Under the pieces are notes generated by a model. It was not told the origin of the DNA, did not search any database, and saw only the letters and a program-made list of their open reading frames with translations. From Occultella glacieicola (lineage in GTDB: Bacteria > Actinomycetota > Actinomycetes > Actinomycetales > Beutenbergiaceae): 64,000 bases of DNA. The stretch spans positions 186,001-250,000 of the forward strand of contig NZ_SMNA01000003.1 in the NCBI RefSeq assembly GCF_004353825.1, written 5' to 3'. This document shows positions 1 to 9,587 of the stretch, piece by piece. Made by a program: the position numbers and the translations under genes. Each line of letters starts with the position of its first letter. The stretch's first letter is position 1.

Positions 1-281
1 CCGACGGCCTCGGCGGCAGCGAGGTCCACCACACCGTCGAGGCCGACGGCCGGGTGCACGAGCAACCGGCAGCGCCGCATCCGTCCCAGCACGGCCGCGT
101 CGAGCGGGTATCGACGGGCCGCGTCGCCCACCACGAGGTCCGCCCGGGCGAGGTCCGGCACCAGCACCTCCAGCGGTGCCCCGTCGGCGAGCACCACCTC
201 GACGGGTTCGTCGAGGTCGGCGACCCAGGACTCGACGAGCGCACGCGGGTAGGCGGACAGGCACACCAGCACCGTGCTCAT
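1..281 (-). CDS. D-isomer-specific 2-hydroxyacid dehydrogenase family protein (N-terminal part; runs off window)
   Basis: Manual translation from ATG at 281: MSTVLVCLSAYPRALVESW...ADLVVGDAARRYPLDAAVLGRMRRCRLLVHPAVGLDGVVDLAAA, resembling the substrate-binding domain (xVGxDxVDLxAA). ATGA overlap with the stop of the upstream gene. Confidence 0.7.
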   Translation of the reverse strand, partial: MSTVLVCLSAYPRALVESWVADLDEPVEVVLADGAPLEVLVPDLARADLVVGDAARRYPLDAAVLGRMRRCRLLVHPAVGLDGVVDLAAAEAV

Positions 282-1477
282 CGCTCGGCCCCCACGACCC
301 GCTCGGCGACCACGGTGGCCCGATCGATCGCCATGCCGAGTCCCGGAGCGGTGGGGGCGGCGACGTGGCCGTCGACCGGGCGGATCGGGGCCGCGAGGAA
401 GTGCTGGTACATCGGCATCAACCGGTCCAGGTACTCCATCTGCGGGATCAGCGCGGGCGAGGCCGCGAACGTCACCGCGGCATTGCACTGCAACGACTGA
501 CCGTGTGGGATGAGCTGCCCGCCGGCGGCGCTGATCAGCGCGATGATCTTCGTGGTCTCCGAGATGCCGCCGTCCCAGTGCGGGTCGGGCTGGTACAGAT
601 CGAGGGTGTCGGTGGCGATCAGGTCGGCGTATCCCCAGCGGCCGTACTCATGTTCCCCACCGGCGATCCGTACACCGTCGGGCAGGCGGTCGCGCAGGGT
701 CCGGTACCCGGCCGCCTGGTCGGCGAGCAGCGGCTCCTCGATCCAGGTCAGGCGCAGATCGCGGGTGGCGTGGGCGACGTCGAGCGTGAACGGCACGTCC
801 CAGCCGCTCCACGCGTCCAGCATGATGTCGATGTCCGGGCCGGCCGCGTCGCGCACCGTGCCGACGAGTTCGACGACGGCGTCCACCCCGGCCCGACCGT
901 CCTCGGGGCCCCAGCGCGGGAACCACTTCAGCCCGCGATAGCCGGCGCCGACGAGTTCCGTGGTGCGGGCCGCGACCCGCTCCGGCTCCAGGCTGTCCCC
1001 GAGCGTGGACACGTAGGCGGGGACCTCGGTGCGGGTCGGTCCACCGAGGAGCACGTGGGCGGGTACGCCGAGGTGCTGGCCACGGATGTCCCAGAGCGCG
1101 CAGTCGACGGCGGAGAGCGCCACCATCCCGGCGCCACGGCGCCCGTGGATCGAGGAGCGGTACAGCACGTCCCAGATCCGTTCGGTCGCGAGCGGGTCGG
1201 TGCCCAGCAGCAGCGGGCGCAACGTGCGCATGATGATGAACGCCTGCTCCGGCGAGAGCTGCGCGGTGCTCCCCACCAGGTGGGTGTCGGTCTCGACGTG
1301 CAGGAACGTCGAGCGGATCTCGTACCGGCCCGGGGCGACCTCCGCGAACTCCTGTGGTCCGGTCCCCCGGAACTGCGGGTAGATGTCGTTCGGGCGGCGC
1401 AGCCGGTCGGCGAAGATCGGCTCGGGGGCGGCCAGGTGCCCGACGTACTCGACGCACCTGACGTCGGTGATGATCAC
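278..1477 (-). CDS. Mandelate racemase/muconate lactonizing enzyme family, L-rhamnonate dehydratase-like acid-sugar dehydratase
   Basis: C-terminal part of ORF 278..2671; GTG start overlaps the MFS stop. Motifs SAVDCALWDI, GPEDGRAG, MLDAW, WIEEPL, GGEHE, QPD, LIPHG. Confidence 0.85.
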   Translation of the reverse strand: MIITDVRCVEYVGHLAAPEPIFADRLRRPNDIYPQFRGTGPQEFAEVAPGRYEIRSTFLHVETDTHLVGSTAQLSPEQAFIIMRTLRPLLLGTDPLATERIWDVLYRSSIHGRRGAGMVALSAVDCALWDIRGQHLGVPAHVLLGGPTRTEVPAYVSTLGDSLEPERVAARTTELVGAGYRGLKWFPRWGPEDGRAGVDAVVELVGTVRDAAGPDIDIMLDAWSGWDVPFTLDVAHATRDLRLTWIEEPLLADQAAGYRTLRDRLPDGVRIAGGEHEYGRWGYADLIATDTLDLYQPDPHWDGGISETTKIIALISAAGGQLIPHGQSLQCNAAVTFAASPALIPQMEYLDRLMPMYQHFLAAPIRPVDGHVAAPTAPGLGMAIDRATVVAERVVGAER

Positions 1478-2703
1478 GGGGTGTCCTCTCGGTCGGTGCG
1501 TTGCGGGGCCGTGCGTGCGGGCTCCGGCTCCGGTTCCGGCTCCCGGCGGGACAGCATGGGCACCAGCCCCATGATGCCCACGACGGCGACGACGGCCGCA
1601 CCCGCGAGCAGTGCGCCGTCCCCGCTCCAGGCGGTACCGGCCACGAAGGCGAGCACGGACGCCCCGGCCGCGGTTCCGCCGTCGAACGCCGCGTTCCAGA
1701 CCGCGCTGGCGGTCGGCGCGTCCTCCTCGGGAACCGCCCGGTAGCTCAGGTCCAGCAGGACCGTCTGCATGCCCCCGTAGGTGAGGCCGAACAGGGCCGC
1801 ACCGACCATGAGCGTGCCCACCGCATCGTTCGCGAGGCCGTGCGCGGCCAGGAGCAGGCCGACGACGCCGGCCGCGAGCAGCAGCGGGTACAGGCCGCGG
1901 TGACCGATCCGGTCGGTGAGGTGGCCGATGCGCCAGCGGGCCACCATGCCGACGGCCCCGTAGAGCAGCAGGGCGGCCCCGGCGGTGGAGCCGGCGGGCA
2001 GTTGCAGCGGCAGGATCGTGACCAGGCCACCCCCAGCCGCGGTGACGGCCAGCAGCACCGCTGCCGGCATCAGCAGCGGCAGCAGGACGCGGCGCCACGA
2101 CGTGGCCCCATCCTTCGGGCCGCCGAGCGGCACGGTGGAGACCGAGCGGGCCGCGAACAGGGCCAGCACCGGCACGAACCCGAGCGCAGCGACGACGACG
2201 AAGGCCCCGCCGAGGGTCAGCGCGGCACCGCCGGCGATGCCGAGCATCATCGGGATCGCGGCCGCCAGGCCGAAGATGCCGATCGCCTCCCCCCGGCGGT
2301 GGACGGGCGCCGCGCGGGGGATCGCGAGCGCGCCGACCACGGTCACGATGGCGAACCCGACGCCCCGCACCGCCGAGATCGCGTACAGGGCCCAGAGGTC
2401 GGTGCCGAGCAGGTACAGCGGCGTCGGCAGGCCGAGCAGCAGGCAGCCCGCGATCAGCAGGGTGCGCGTGGAGTACCGGCGCATCAGGGTCGCCGAACTG
2501 AGCTGGGTGATCACGGTGACGCCCAGCATCACCCCGGTCACGGTCCCGACCACGGTGTCCGCATGGCCCTGCTGTGCTGCCCAGGCCGGCAACGCGGAGA
2601 GCGTGATGGAGAAACTGGTCAGGCCGGCGAAGCAGAGCACGAAGACCGCGCGGATCTCCTTGATCGCCCACAGCGACCCGGTGCGGGTACCGACGACGCT
2701 CAC
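1474..2703 (-). CDS. MFS transporter
   Basis: About 12 hydrophobic segments, motif GHLTDRIGHR, GTGA overlap with the upstream stop. Confidence 0.85.
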   Translation of the reverse strand: MSVVGTRTGSLWAIKEIRAVFVLCFAGLTSFSITLSALPAWAAQQGHADTVVGTVTGVMLGVTVITQLSSATLMRRYSTRTLLIAGCLLLGLPTPLYLLGTDLWALYAISAVRGVGFAIVTVVGALAIPRAAPVHRRGEAIGIFGLAAAIPMMLGIAGGAALTLGGAFVVVAALGFVPVLALFAARSVSTVPLGGPKDGATSWRRVLLPLLMPAAVLLAVTAAGGGLVTILPLQLPAGSTAGAALLLYGAVGMVARWRIGHLTDRIGHRGLYPLLLAAGVVGLLLAAHGLANDAVGTLMVGAALFGLTYGGMQTVLLDLSYRAVPEEDAPTASAVWNAAFDGGTAAGASVLAFVAGTAWSGDGALLAGAAVVAVVGIMGLVPMLSRREPEPEPEPARTAPQRTDREDTP

Positions 2704-3941
2704 CGGGCCACCTCGAACAGGGGGCCGGAACGGTCGACGGCGGTGCGTGCGACGAGCCGTCCGGCTCGCCAGACGAGGCGCTCGGCGGGGGCGAGCGCGA
2801 CCGCGTCGCGGACGGAGTCCGCGCGGATCGCGACCAGGTCGGCGCGTGCGCCCGGCACGGGGCCGGCCGGGGCGCGGCCGATCACGGCGCGCGCGTCGGC
2901 GCTGACCATGGACCACGCGCGCTCCGGGCTCTGGTGCGCCGCGGTGACCACGAGCGAGGCGGTCTCGAGCGGGTCCAGCCGGCCGGTCGGGTTGAACGGG
3001 TCGCGCGTGTTGTCGCCCCCGGCCGCGACCCGGACACCGGCCGCCAGGAGGGCGTCGACGGCGGTCAGGCCACGGGGCCGGGGCCAGGCGTCGCGGCCCT
3101 GCAGGTACAGGTTCGTCGCGGGCAGGGTCACCACCGATACCCCGGCCGCGGCGGCCTCGGCCGCCACGTCCGCGACCACGCCGGGGGCCTGGAACCCGAG
3201 GGAGACGCAGTGGCTCGCCGTGACCGGGACCCCGGCCTGCGGGGCCAGCCCGGCCAGCCGGCGCAGCAGCAGCATGTCCGGGTCGGAGGTCTCGTCGAGG
3301 TGCAGGTCGACCGGCACACCCCGCTCGGCGGCGACCGCCACGCACTCCTCGAGGGCGGCGACCGGGTCGACCTCGTTCGAGGGGTTGCCCCCCACGGCGT
3401 CGGCGCCGGCGTCCAGGGCGTCGGTGAGGCGGGTCCGGTGCCGGCGCCAGGTCTCCCCCGGCCCCGGGCCGCCCACATGGGCGACCAGCTCCAGGTCGAC
3501 GACCTCGCTCAGCTCCTCCCGGACCGCTGCCAACGAGGCCACCGCACGCACCCCGAGAAGGCGACCGCACCCCACGTGCGTGCGCACCGCCGTCGTCCCG
3601 TTGGCGACGAGGGCGCGCAGCGCGCGAGCGGCCCTGGCCCGCACGTCCGCGTCGCTCGCGTGCGCCAGGATCGTGGCGTACCCGGCCATCGCCCCGGTCA
3701 GGGTGCCGTCGCCGGCGGGGACCCGGTCCGCGGTGAACACCTTGTCCAGGTGCGCGTGCGGTTCCACGAACGCCCCGGCGAGCAGGTACCCGGACAGGTC
3801 GGTGCTCGGTCCGGCAGTGCAGTTCGTGCCGTTCGGGCAGGAGCCGGCCGGGTGCACGGCGGCGACCAGGTCGCCCTCGATGCGGACGTCGACGCGCTCA
3901 CCGGTGGGCAGGTGCCCGCCGCGCAGGAGGTGCGTGGTCAT
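2700..3941 (-). CDS. Amidohydrolase, cytosine deaminase (CodA)-like
   Basis: Metal-binding motifs EPHAHLDK, VRTHV, DLHLDE, SHC, GGDNTRDPF. Confidence 0.85.
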   Translation of the reverse strand: MTTHLLRGGHLPTGERVDVRIEGDLVAAVHPAGSCPNGTNCTAGPSTDLSGYLLAGAFVEPHAHLDKVFTADRVPAGDGTLTGAMAGYATILAHASDADVRARAARALRALVANGTTAVRTHVGCGRLLGVRAVASLAAVREELSEVVDLELVAHVGGPGPGETWRRHRTRLTDALDAGADAVGGNPSNEVDPVAALEECVAVAAERGVPVDLHLDETSDPDMLLLRRLAGLAPQAGVPVTASHCVSLGFQAPGVVADVAAEAAAAGVSVVTLPATNLYLQGRDAWPRPRGLTAVDALLAAGVRVAAGGDNTRDPFNPTGRLDPLETASLVVTAAHQSPERAWSMVSADARAVIGRAPAGPVPGARADLVAIRADSVRDAVALAPAERLVWRAGRLVARTAVDRSGPLFEVAR

Positions 3942-4823
3942 TCAGCCCTTCACCCCGCCGCCCGCGATCTGGGTGACGTACCGCTGCAGGTACCCGAAGA
4001 TGGCCAGCACCGGGATCATCACGAGCACACCGGCCGCGAGGAGTCGGCCCCAGTCCGTGGTGAACTCCCCGATCAGGGAGTTCAGACCCACCGACAGGGT
4101 GCGCTTGGCGTCGGTGTCGATGAACGTGTTCGCATACAGGAACTCCTCCCACACCTGGATGATCGTGAACACCGCCGCGGCCATCACGCCGGGCAGCGCC
4201 GGGGGCAGGACCACCTGCCACAACGCCCGGAACCGGGAGCACCCGTCGATGAAGGCCGCCTCCTCGGTCTCCACCGGTACGGCCATGAAGTAGTTGCGCA
4301 TGAGCCAGATGCAGAAGGGCAGGGCGAACGAGACGTAGACCAGGATCAGGCCGACCAGGGAGTCCAGCAGACCGAGCGTCTTCACGGTGATGAACAGCGG
4401 GATCGCGAGCATGACCGCCGGGAACATCTGCGCGGCCACGACGATGAGCAGCATGCCCCGGTTCCCGATGAACGTGAACCGGGCGAACCCGTAGCCGGCG
4501 AGGATCGCGAGCAGCAACGCGATCGTGGTGGTCGCCGCCGCGACGATCACGGAGTTGGCGAAGTAGGTGAAGAAGTTCGTGTCCGCGATCTTCTCGTAGT
4601 TGCCGAGGTACAGGCCGCTCGGGAACAGGCTCTTGTCGACACCGTTCAGTTCCTGCGGCGTCTTGAACGAGGACAGCACCATCCAGGCGAACGGCAGCAG
4701 GGTGCCGAGCAGGAGCAGGACGGCGACGGCGTGGGCGCCGGGCGAGGCGTACCGCCGCTCCCGGCGGCGGGGCCGGGTGGGCGACTTCCGTCGGGCCGGG
4801 AGGGTCTCGTCGACGATGCTCAC
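3942..4823 (-). CDS. Carbohydrate ABC transporter permease (MalG-type)
   Basis: EAA loop ETEEAAFIDGCSRFRALWQVVLP; GTG at 4823 overlaps the upstream stop. Confidence 0.9.
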   Translation of the reverse strand: MSIVDETLPARRKSPTRPRRRERRYASPGAHAVAVLLLLGTLLPFAWMVLSSFKTPQELNGVDKSLFPSGLYLGNYEKIADTNFFTYFANSVIVAAATTTIALLLAILAGYGFARFTFIGNRGMLLIVVAAQMFPAVMLAIPLFITVKTLGLLDSLVGLILVYVSFALPFCIWLMRNYFMAVPVETEEAAFIDGCSRFRALWQVVLPPALPGVMAAAVFTIIQVWEEFLYANTFIDTDAKRTLSVGLNSLIGEFTTDWGRLLAAGVLVMIPVLAIFGYLQRYVTQIAGGGVKG

Positions 4824-5770
4824 CGCTTGTCTCCCTTGCGTCCCTCGACCACGTAGAAGTACACGACGGCGACGGCCATCATCATCACGAAGATGATCAC
4901 GGAGATCGCGGCGGCCCTGCCGAAGTCGAACTCGATGAAGGCGGTCCGGTAGGCCATCGTGGTGAGGATCTCGGTGGCGCCCACCGGTCCGCCGCGGGTG
5001 AACAGCCAGATGCCGTTGAAGTTGTTGATCGCGCCGGAGATCGTGGTCAGGGTGACCAGGGCGAGTGACGTGCGGATCCCGGGGACGGTCACGTTCCGGA
5101 ACCGCTGCCAGGCGTTCGCGCCGTCCATCATCGCGGCCTCGTGCTGCTCCGGCGGGATCTGCTGCATCCCGGCGAGCAGGATCACGGCCGTGAACGGCGT
5201 CCACTTCCAGGCGCTGATCAGGACCAGGACGGGGAGTACGAACCGGGTGTCGGCGAGCCAGACCGGCGGGTTCTCCCAGAGTCCGGTGTCCCGGAGCAGC
5301 CCGTTGATGGGGCCGGAGACGGGGTCGAGCAGGAACCGCCAGATCAGCGCGACCAGCACGGTCGGCACCACCCACGGCACGATCAGGGTGGTCCGGACGG
5401 CGCCCCGGGCGAACAGCCTCTTGTTCAGCGTGTTCGCGATGACCAGGCCGAGGCCGACCTGCACGATGAGCGCGGCTCCGGCCCAGGTGAGGGTGCGGCC
5501 CATGACGAGCCAGAACGTCGGGTCGCCGAACAGAGCCGTGAAGTTGTCGAGGCCGGCGAACGTGTCCTGCCCCGGCGCGAGCAGGCTCGCGTTCAGGAAG
5601 CTGGTGCCGATCGCGTTGAACACCGGATAGCCGATGATCAGGGCGATGGCCAGGAAGGCGGGTCCGATGTAGAGGATCGGTGCCAGTCGTTGCCTGCGGA
5701 CGCGCTGCTTACGCGCATGGGCCGCCTGCTCCGGGGTGGTGCGGGGGCGCTCAGTGGTGATCGTTGCCAT
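4820..5770 (-). CDS. Carbohydrate ABC transporter permease (MalF-type)
   Basis: EAA loop EQHEAAMMDGANAWQRFRNVTVP, FAGLDNF, TRGGP. Confidence 0.9.
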   Translation of the reverse strand: MATITTERPRTTPEQAAHARKQRVRRQRLAPILYIGPAFLAIALIIGYPVFNAIGTSFLNASLLAPGQDTFAGLDNFTALFGDPTFWLVMGRTLTWAGAALIVQVGLGLVIANTLNKRLFARGAVRTTLIVPWVVPTVLVALIWRFLLDPVSGPINGLLRDTGLWENPPVWLADTRFVLPVLVLISAWKWTPFTAVILLAGMQQIPPEQHEAAMMDGANAWQRFRNVTVPGIRTSLALVTLTTISGAINNFNGIWLFTRGGPVGATEILTTMAYRTAFIEFDFGRAAAISVIIFVMMMAVAVVYFYVVEGRKGDKR

Positions 5771-5836
5771 GGTCTTCCTGGCTCGGGTCCGGAAGCCGGC
5801 CGCCCCGGGGGTCGGGGCGGCCGGCTCGCCTGCGGA

Positions 5837-7132
5837 CTAGCTGGAGAGCTTCTGATTCGTCTCTTCCGCGGCTGCGGCGAGGGCGTCGGCGGGGGCCTGC
5901 TGGCCCTGGATGACGGCGTCCCACATGTTCGCCATGACCCCCCACTCGATGTCGCCCCAGATGGGCAGGGCCGGTCGCGCCCTGGCGACCTCCATCTGTT
6001 CGACGAAGGTCTGCCGGACCGGGTCCTCGGCGGTCCACTCGGAGTCGATGACGTCCCGGCGTCCGGGAATGTTGCCGGTGTCCTGGATGTAGGGCATCTG
6101 CTCGGTGGCGGTGAGCCAGCTGACCAGTTCCCAGGCCAGGTCGGACTGGGTGGAGTTGTGGCCGACGCTGATCGTGGTGCCGCCGAGGATTGACGCCGAC
6201 CCGGTGCCCGCGGGGAGCGGGGCCACGGCCCAGTCCAGATCCGGGTTGCCCTCCTCGATCGGCGCGGTGCCCCACGGCCCGGTCGCCATCATGGCGCAGC
6301 GGCCCTGCACGAACGGGGCGACGTACTGGTCCCAGCTGGCATTGGCGCCGACGAACTCCGGCGGCATCACCTTGTCCTCGAGGACGAGCCCGGAGTAGAA
6401 CGCGAACGCTTCCTGGCCGAGGTCGTCCGCGAACGTCGCGGTGGTGAGGTCCTCGCTGAGGATGGTCCCGCCGTTCTGCCACAGCCAGGGCCAGAACAGG
6501 AACGCGCCGTAGCCCTGGGCGCCCATCATGTAGCCGTACTGATCTCCGCCGGTCAGCTCGATCGCGGCGTCCCGCAACTCCTGCCAGGTGGTCGGGACCG
6601 CGATCCCGGCACCGTCGAGCAGTTCGCGGTTGTAGAAGAGGCCCACGTTGTTCGTCGTGTACGGCAGTCCGAAGAGTCCGCCGTCGTAGCTCGAGCTCGC
6701 GAGCAACTCGTCGCCGAAGTCGCCGGTGACCGCGTCCGCCTTGTCGGTGACGTCGGCCAGCACCTGCGCGGCCGCGAGTTGCGGCACCGACGAGACGTCG
6801 ACGATCGCCACGTCCGGACCGGAGCCACCGCTGCTGGTGGTGGTCAGCTTCGGGACCAGGTCCTGGGTCGGGATGCCCTGGACGTTCACGGTCACGCCGT
6901 TGGCCTCACCCCAGGCCCGGACCGCGCGCTGCAGCCCGGAGTCCGAGTCGCCGGCGACGCCCGCGTTGGCCCAGAGTTCCAGGGTGCCGCTCCCGGAGGC
7001 GCCGCCACCGGTGGGGTCACTGCCGCCGCCTCCGGAGCCGGTGCCGCACGCGGCGAGGGTGAGGCCGGACGCGACACCGCCCCCGAGGGCGAGCAGCTGG
7101 CGGCGGCTGAGGCGGGGAGAGGGAGTGCTCAT
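5837..7132 (-). CDS. Sugar ABC transporter substrate-binding lipoprotein (Tat signal)
   Basis: MSTPSPRLSRRQLL (twin arginine) and lipobox LAAC; family-1 SBP motifs GPDVA, GLPY, LFYNRELL, PTTWQEL; AAGGA upstream. Confidence 0.9.
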   Translation of the reverse strand: MSTPSPRLSRRQLLALGGGVASGLTLAACGTGSGGGGSDPTGGGASGSGTLELWANAGVAGDSDSGLQRAVRAWGEANGVTVNVQGIPTQDLVPKLTTTSSGGSGPDVAIVDVSSVPQLAAAQVLADVTDKADAVTGDFGDELLASSSYDGGLFGLPYTTNNVGLFYNRELLDGAGIAVPTTWQELRDAAIELTGGDQYGYMMGAQGYGAFLFWPWLWQNGGTILSEDLTTATFADDLGQEAFAFYSGLVLEDKVMPPEFVGANASWDQYVAPFVQGRCAMMATGPWGTAPIEEGNPDLDWAVAPLPAGTGSASILGGTTISVGHNSTQSDLAWELVSWLTATEQMPYIQDTGNIPGRRDVIDSEWTAEDPVRQTFVEQMEVARARPALPIWGDIEWGVMANMWDAVIQGQQAPADALAAAAEETNQKLSS

Positions 7133-7152
7133 GTTCTTCATTCCTTGTCTCT

Positions 7153-8478
7153 TCACTGAGGGGGAGCCATGCGGGAGGGGATGCCCCAGAACTGCGGGAC
7201 GGTGGAACCGATACGGGCGGCGAGGTCGCGGACCACCGACGACGCCTCCTCGGCGAGAGCGACATCGTCGGCAACCGTGAGTGCGCCGTCGCGCAGGATG
7301 TGCCGGCCGGCCACGACCACGTCGGTGACGTGGGCGGGCGCGGCGCGGTGGACGACGGACCACACCGGGTCCGCCAGCGGCTGCACGGCCGGGGCCGTGA
7401 GGTCGAGACGCACCAGGTCGCCGGCGTCGAAGCCTGCCGGCAGCCCGAGGGCGCGGGCGCCCGCCCCGGTCGCCATGTCGAAGGCGCGGCTCGAGGTCAG
7501 CGCACCGGGATCGCCGGCTGCCTGCCCCTGGGCGTAGATCGCCTGGCGCATCTCGTGGAAGGGGCTTTCCATGCCGTCGACGCCGAGGGTGACGGTGGCG
7601 CCCGCGTCGAGCAGGTCGACGACCGGGGCGAAGCCCTTCGCGAAGCGCAGGTGGTTCGTGGGGCAGTAGGCGACCACGGCGCCGCTGGCGGCGATCAGCT
7701 CGATCTCGGCGTCGCTGAGCCTGACGCCGTGGACCAGGACGGTGCCCGGGCGCAGGAACCCGGCGTGGTGCAGGAGTTCGACCGGGCGGACACCGTGCTC
7801 GGCGCGGCAGGCGTCGACCTCGGCCTGGGTCTCGGCGATGTGGGTGTACAGCCGCACCCCGAGCCGCTCGGCGGCGCGTGCGGCCACGGCGTAGTCGTCG
7901 GGGGCGTTCGAGCGCATGGACACCGGCGCGAGGTAGAGCTGCTCGCGCGGCAACAGCACGTCCGCGGCCCGCTCGGCGAGCGCCACCACGTCCTCGACCG
8001 AGGTGCACAGCCGCTCCGCTCCCCTGGTCATGATGCCGAGCGCGAGGTAGCCGCGCAGACCCACGGCCCGGTGCCCGGCGACGACCGCCTCGAGCAGGCC
8101 GTCGCGGTGCAGCGGGTAGACGTGGTCCACGACCGTGGTCACGCCGGCCCGCACCTGCCGGGCCGCGGACAGCGCCGTCAGAGCCCGGTACTCGGCCGGC
8201 CCGGCGACGGCCTGGGTGGCCGACGAGGCGGTGATCGCCGTCGCCAGCGACGCGCCCTCGGAGGCCCGCCCGGTGGGCAGGAACGAGCGCAGGTGGTCGT
8301 GCATGTTGATCAGGCCGGGCAGCAACGCCGCGGCGGCGGTGTGCCGGGCGCCGTCGCCGGCGGCGCCCTCGACCCGCAGCCGACCGCCGTCGACCGTGGC
8401 GGTCGCCGGCCAGGGCTCGCTCGTCGCATCGGCGACGGCGATCCCGGTCAGGTCGCTCGGGGTGGTCACGTCGGTCAC
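7153..8478 (-). CDS. Amidohydrolase family (COG0402 purine/pterin deaminase or chlorohydrolase type)
   Basis: LPGLINMHDHL, GVTTVVDH, YTHIAET, LVHGV, CPTN, LGVDG; GTGA overlap with the upstream stop. Confidence 0.85.
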   Translation of the reverse strand: MTDVTTPSDLTGIAVADATSEPWPATATVDGGRLRVEGAAGDGARHTAAAALLPGLINMHDHLRSFLPTGRASEGASLATAITASSATQAVAGPAEYRALTALSAARQVRAGVTTVVDHVYPLHRDGLLEAVVAGHRAVGLRGYLALGIMTRGAERLCTSVEDVVALAERAADVLLPREQLYLAPVSMRSNAPDDYAVAARAAERLGVRLYTHIAETQAEVDACRAEHGVRPVELLHHAGFLRPGTVLVHGVRLSDAEIELIAASGAVVAYCPTNHLRFAKGFAPVVDLLDAGATVTLGVDGMESPFHEMRQAIYAQGQAAGDPGALTSSRAFDMATGAGARALGLPAGFDAGDLVRLDLTAPAVQPLADPVWSVVHRAAPAHVTDVVVAGRHILRDGALTVADDVALAEEASSVVRDLAARIGSTVPQFWGIPSRMAPPQ

Positions 8479-9587
8479 CACCACCCGGTCCGGGTGGCCT
8501 CGAGCAGTCCGTCCCGGCCGACACCCTCGAGCCCGAACGTGGCGAGCGTGCGGCCCTCGGCCCGGTAGTCGGTCCCGGTGGCGATGCCGGCGAGGTGGAT
8601 CATCGCGTCGATCGTGGGGGTCGCCACGCCCACCTCGCGTCCGATCGCGGACATCAGGCAGAGCGCGTAGGGCACGTCCTCGGTGATGTACCGGCTCTCA
8701 AGCGCGTTCGGGCCGGTGCCGAACGTCGAGTCCGAGAACGCCGAGGACTGCAGGGTGGCGTACAGGTCGTCGAGGAAGGCCGGCGCGAAGCCCTGCTCCA
8801 CGAGATAGGCCTCGTAGCCCTTGAGGTTGGTGAAACCGAGCGCGCGGCGGATGTCGACGAGTTCGGCGTCGATCGCACCGATGAAGCGGGCCACCGCGGG
8901 GCTGGCGCCCTCGCCCCAGAGCAGGAACTTCCCCGGCCGGCCCTCGATGGCTCCGAGGTTGGCCAGGATCGGCGGCACGTGGTCGATCGCGTTGAAGTTC
9001 AGCAGGATCGTCTCCAAAACGCTCTCCCCCGCGCTCACCGAGGACCAGATCGCACCCGCGGTGGCCACGGCGCGGTTCCCGGCGGGCATCCCGGCGGCGA
9101 TCGTGCCGCCGACCTTGCGGGAGGCGGTGATCAGACCCGGCTCCCGGACCCGTGCGCCGTAGGGCAGGCTGTTCAGTTCCGCGATGTCGACCTCGACCCG
9201 GCGGCCGGCGCGGCGCATGGCCGCCACCAGCGCGAGGCTGCCACCGCCCTCGCCCGCGAAGATGACCTGCTCCCCGCCGGACAGGTTCGCGGCGAGGAGT
9301 TCCGCGAACGTGTCGTGCCCGAATGCGGGCACCGAGACCACGATCACGTCGGCGTCGCGGATGGCGGCGGCTGGGTCGAGGCTGCCCCGAGCGGGGCTCT
9401 CGGTGATCCGGTGCCACGGCGTCTTGAGGCGGATCACGCCGTGGGCGTTGATCGCGTCGATGTTCGTGCGGAACCGCTCGAAGTCGGCGACGGTCACGTC
9501 CACGCCGGCGAGCGAGAGTTCCATGGCGCTGGACAGGGCGCCGGCGCCGGAACCGACGACGGTGACGGACTGCGGGAGCGTGGTCAT
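8475..9587 (-). CDS. NAD/NADP-dependent opine (octopine/nopaline) dehydrogenase family protein
   Basis: Rossmann motif VVGSGAGA; NAIDHVPPILAN; SRYITEDVPYAL; GVATPTID; YRAEGRTL. Confidence 0.85.
   Translation of the reverse strand: MTTLPQSVTVVGSGAGALSSAMELSLAGVDVTVADFERFRTNIDAINAHGVIRLKTPWHRITESPARGSLDPAAAIRDADVIVVSVPAFGHDTFAELLAANLSGGEQVIFAGEGGGSLALVAAMRRAGRRVEVDIAELNSLPYGARVREPGLITASRKVGGTIAAGMPAGNRAVATAGAIWSSVSAGESVLETILLNFNAIDHVPPILANLGAIEGRPGKFLLWGEGASPAVARFIGAIDAELVDIRRALGFTNLKGYEAYLVEQGFAPAFLDDLYATLQSSAFSDSTFGTGPNALESRYITEDVPYALCLMSAIGREVGVATPTIDAMIHLAGIATGTDYRAEGRTLATFGLEGVGRDGLLEATRTGWW

Noticed and set aside
1520..1545. Hexamer repeat encoding EPEPEPEP at the MFS C-terminus
   Set aside because: Short in-frame low-complexity tail, with no sign of phase variation.
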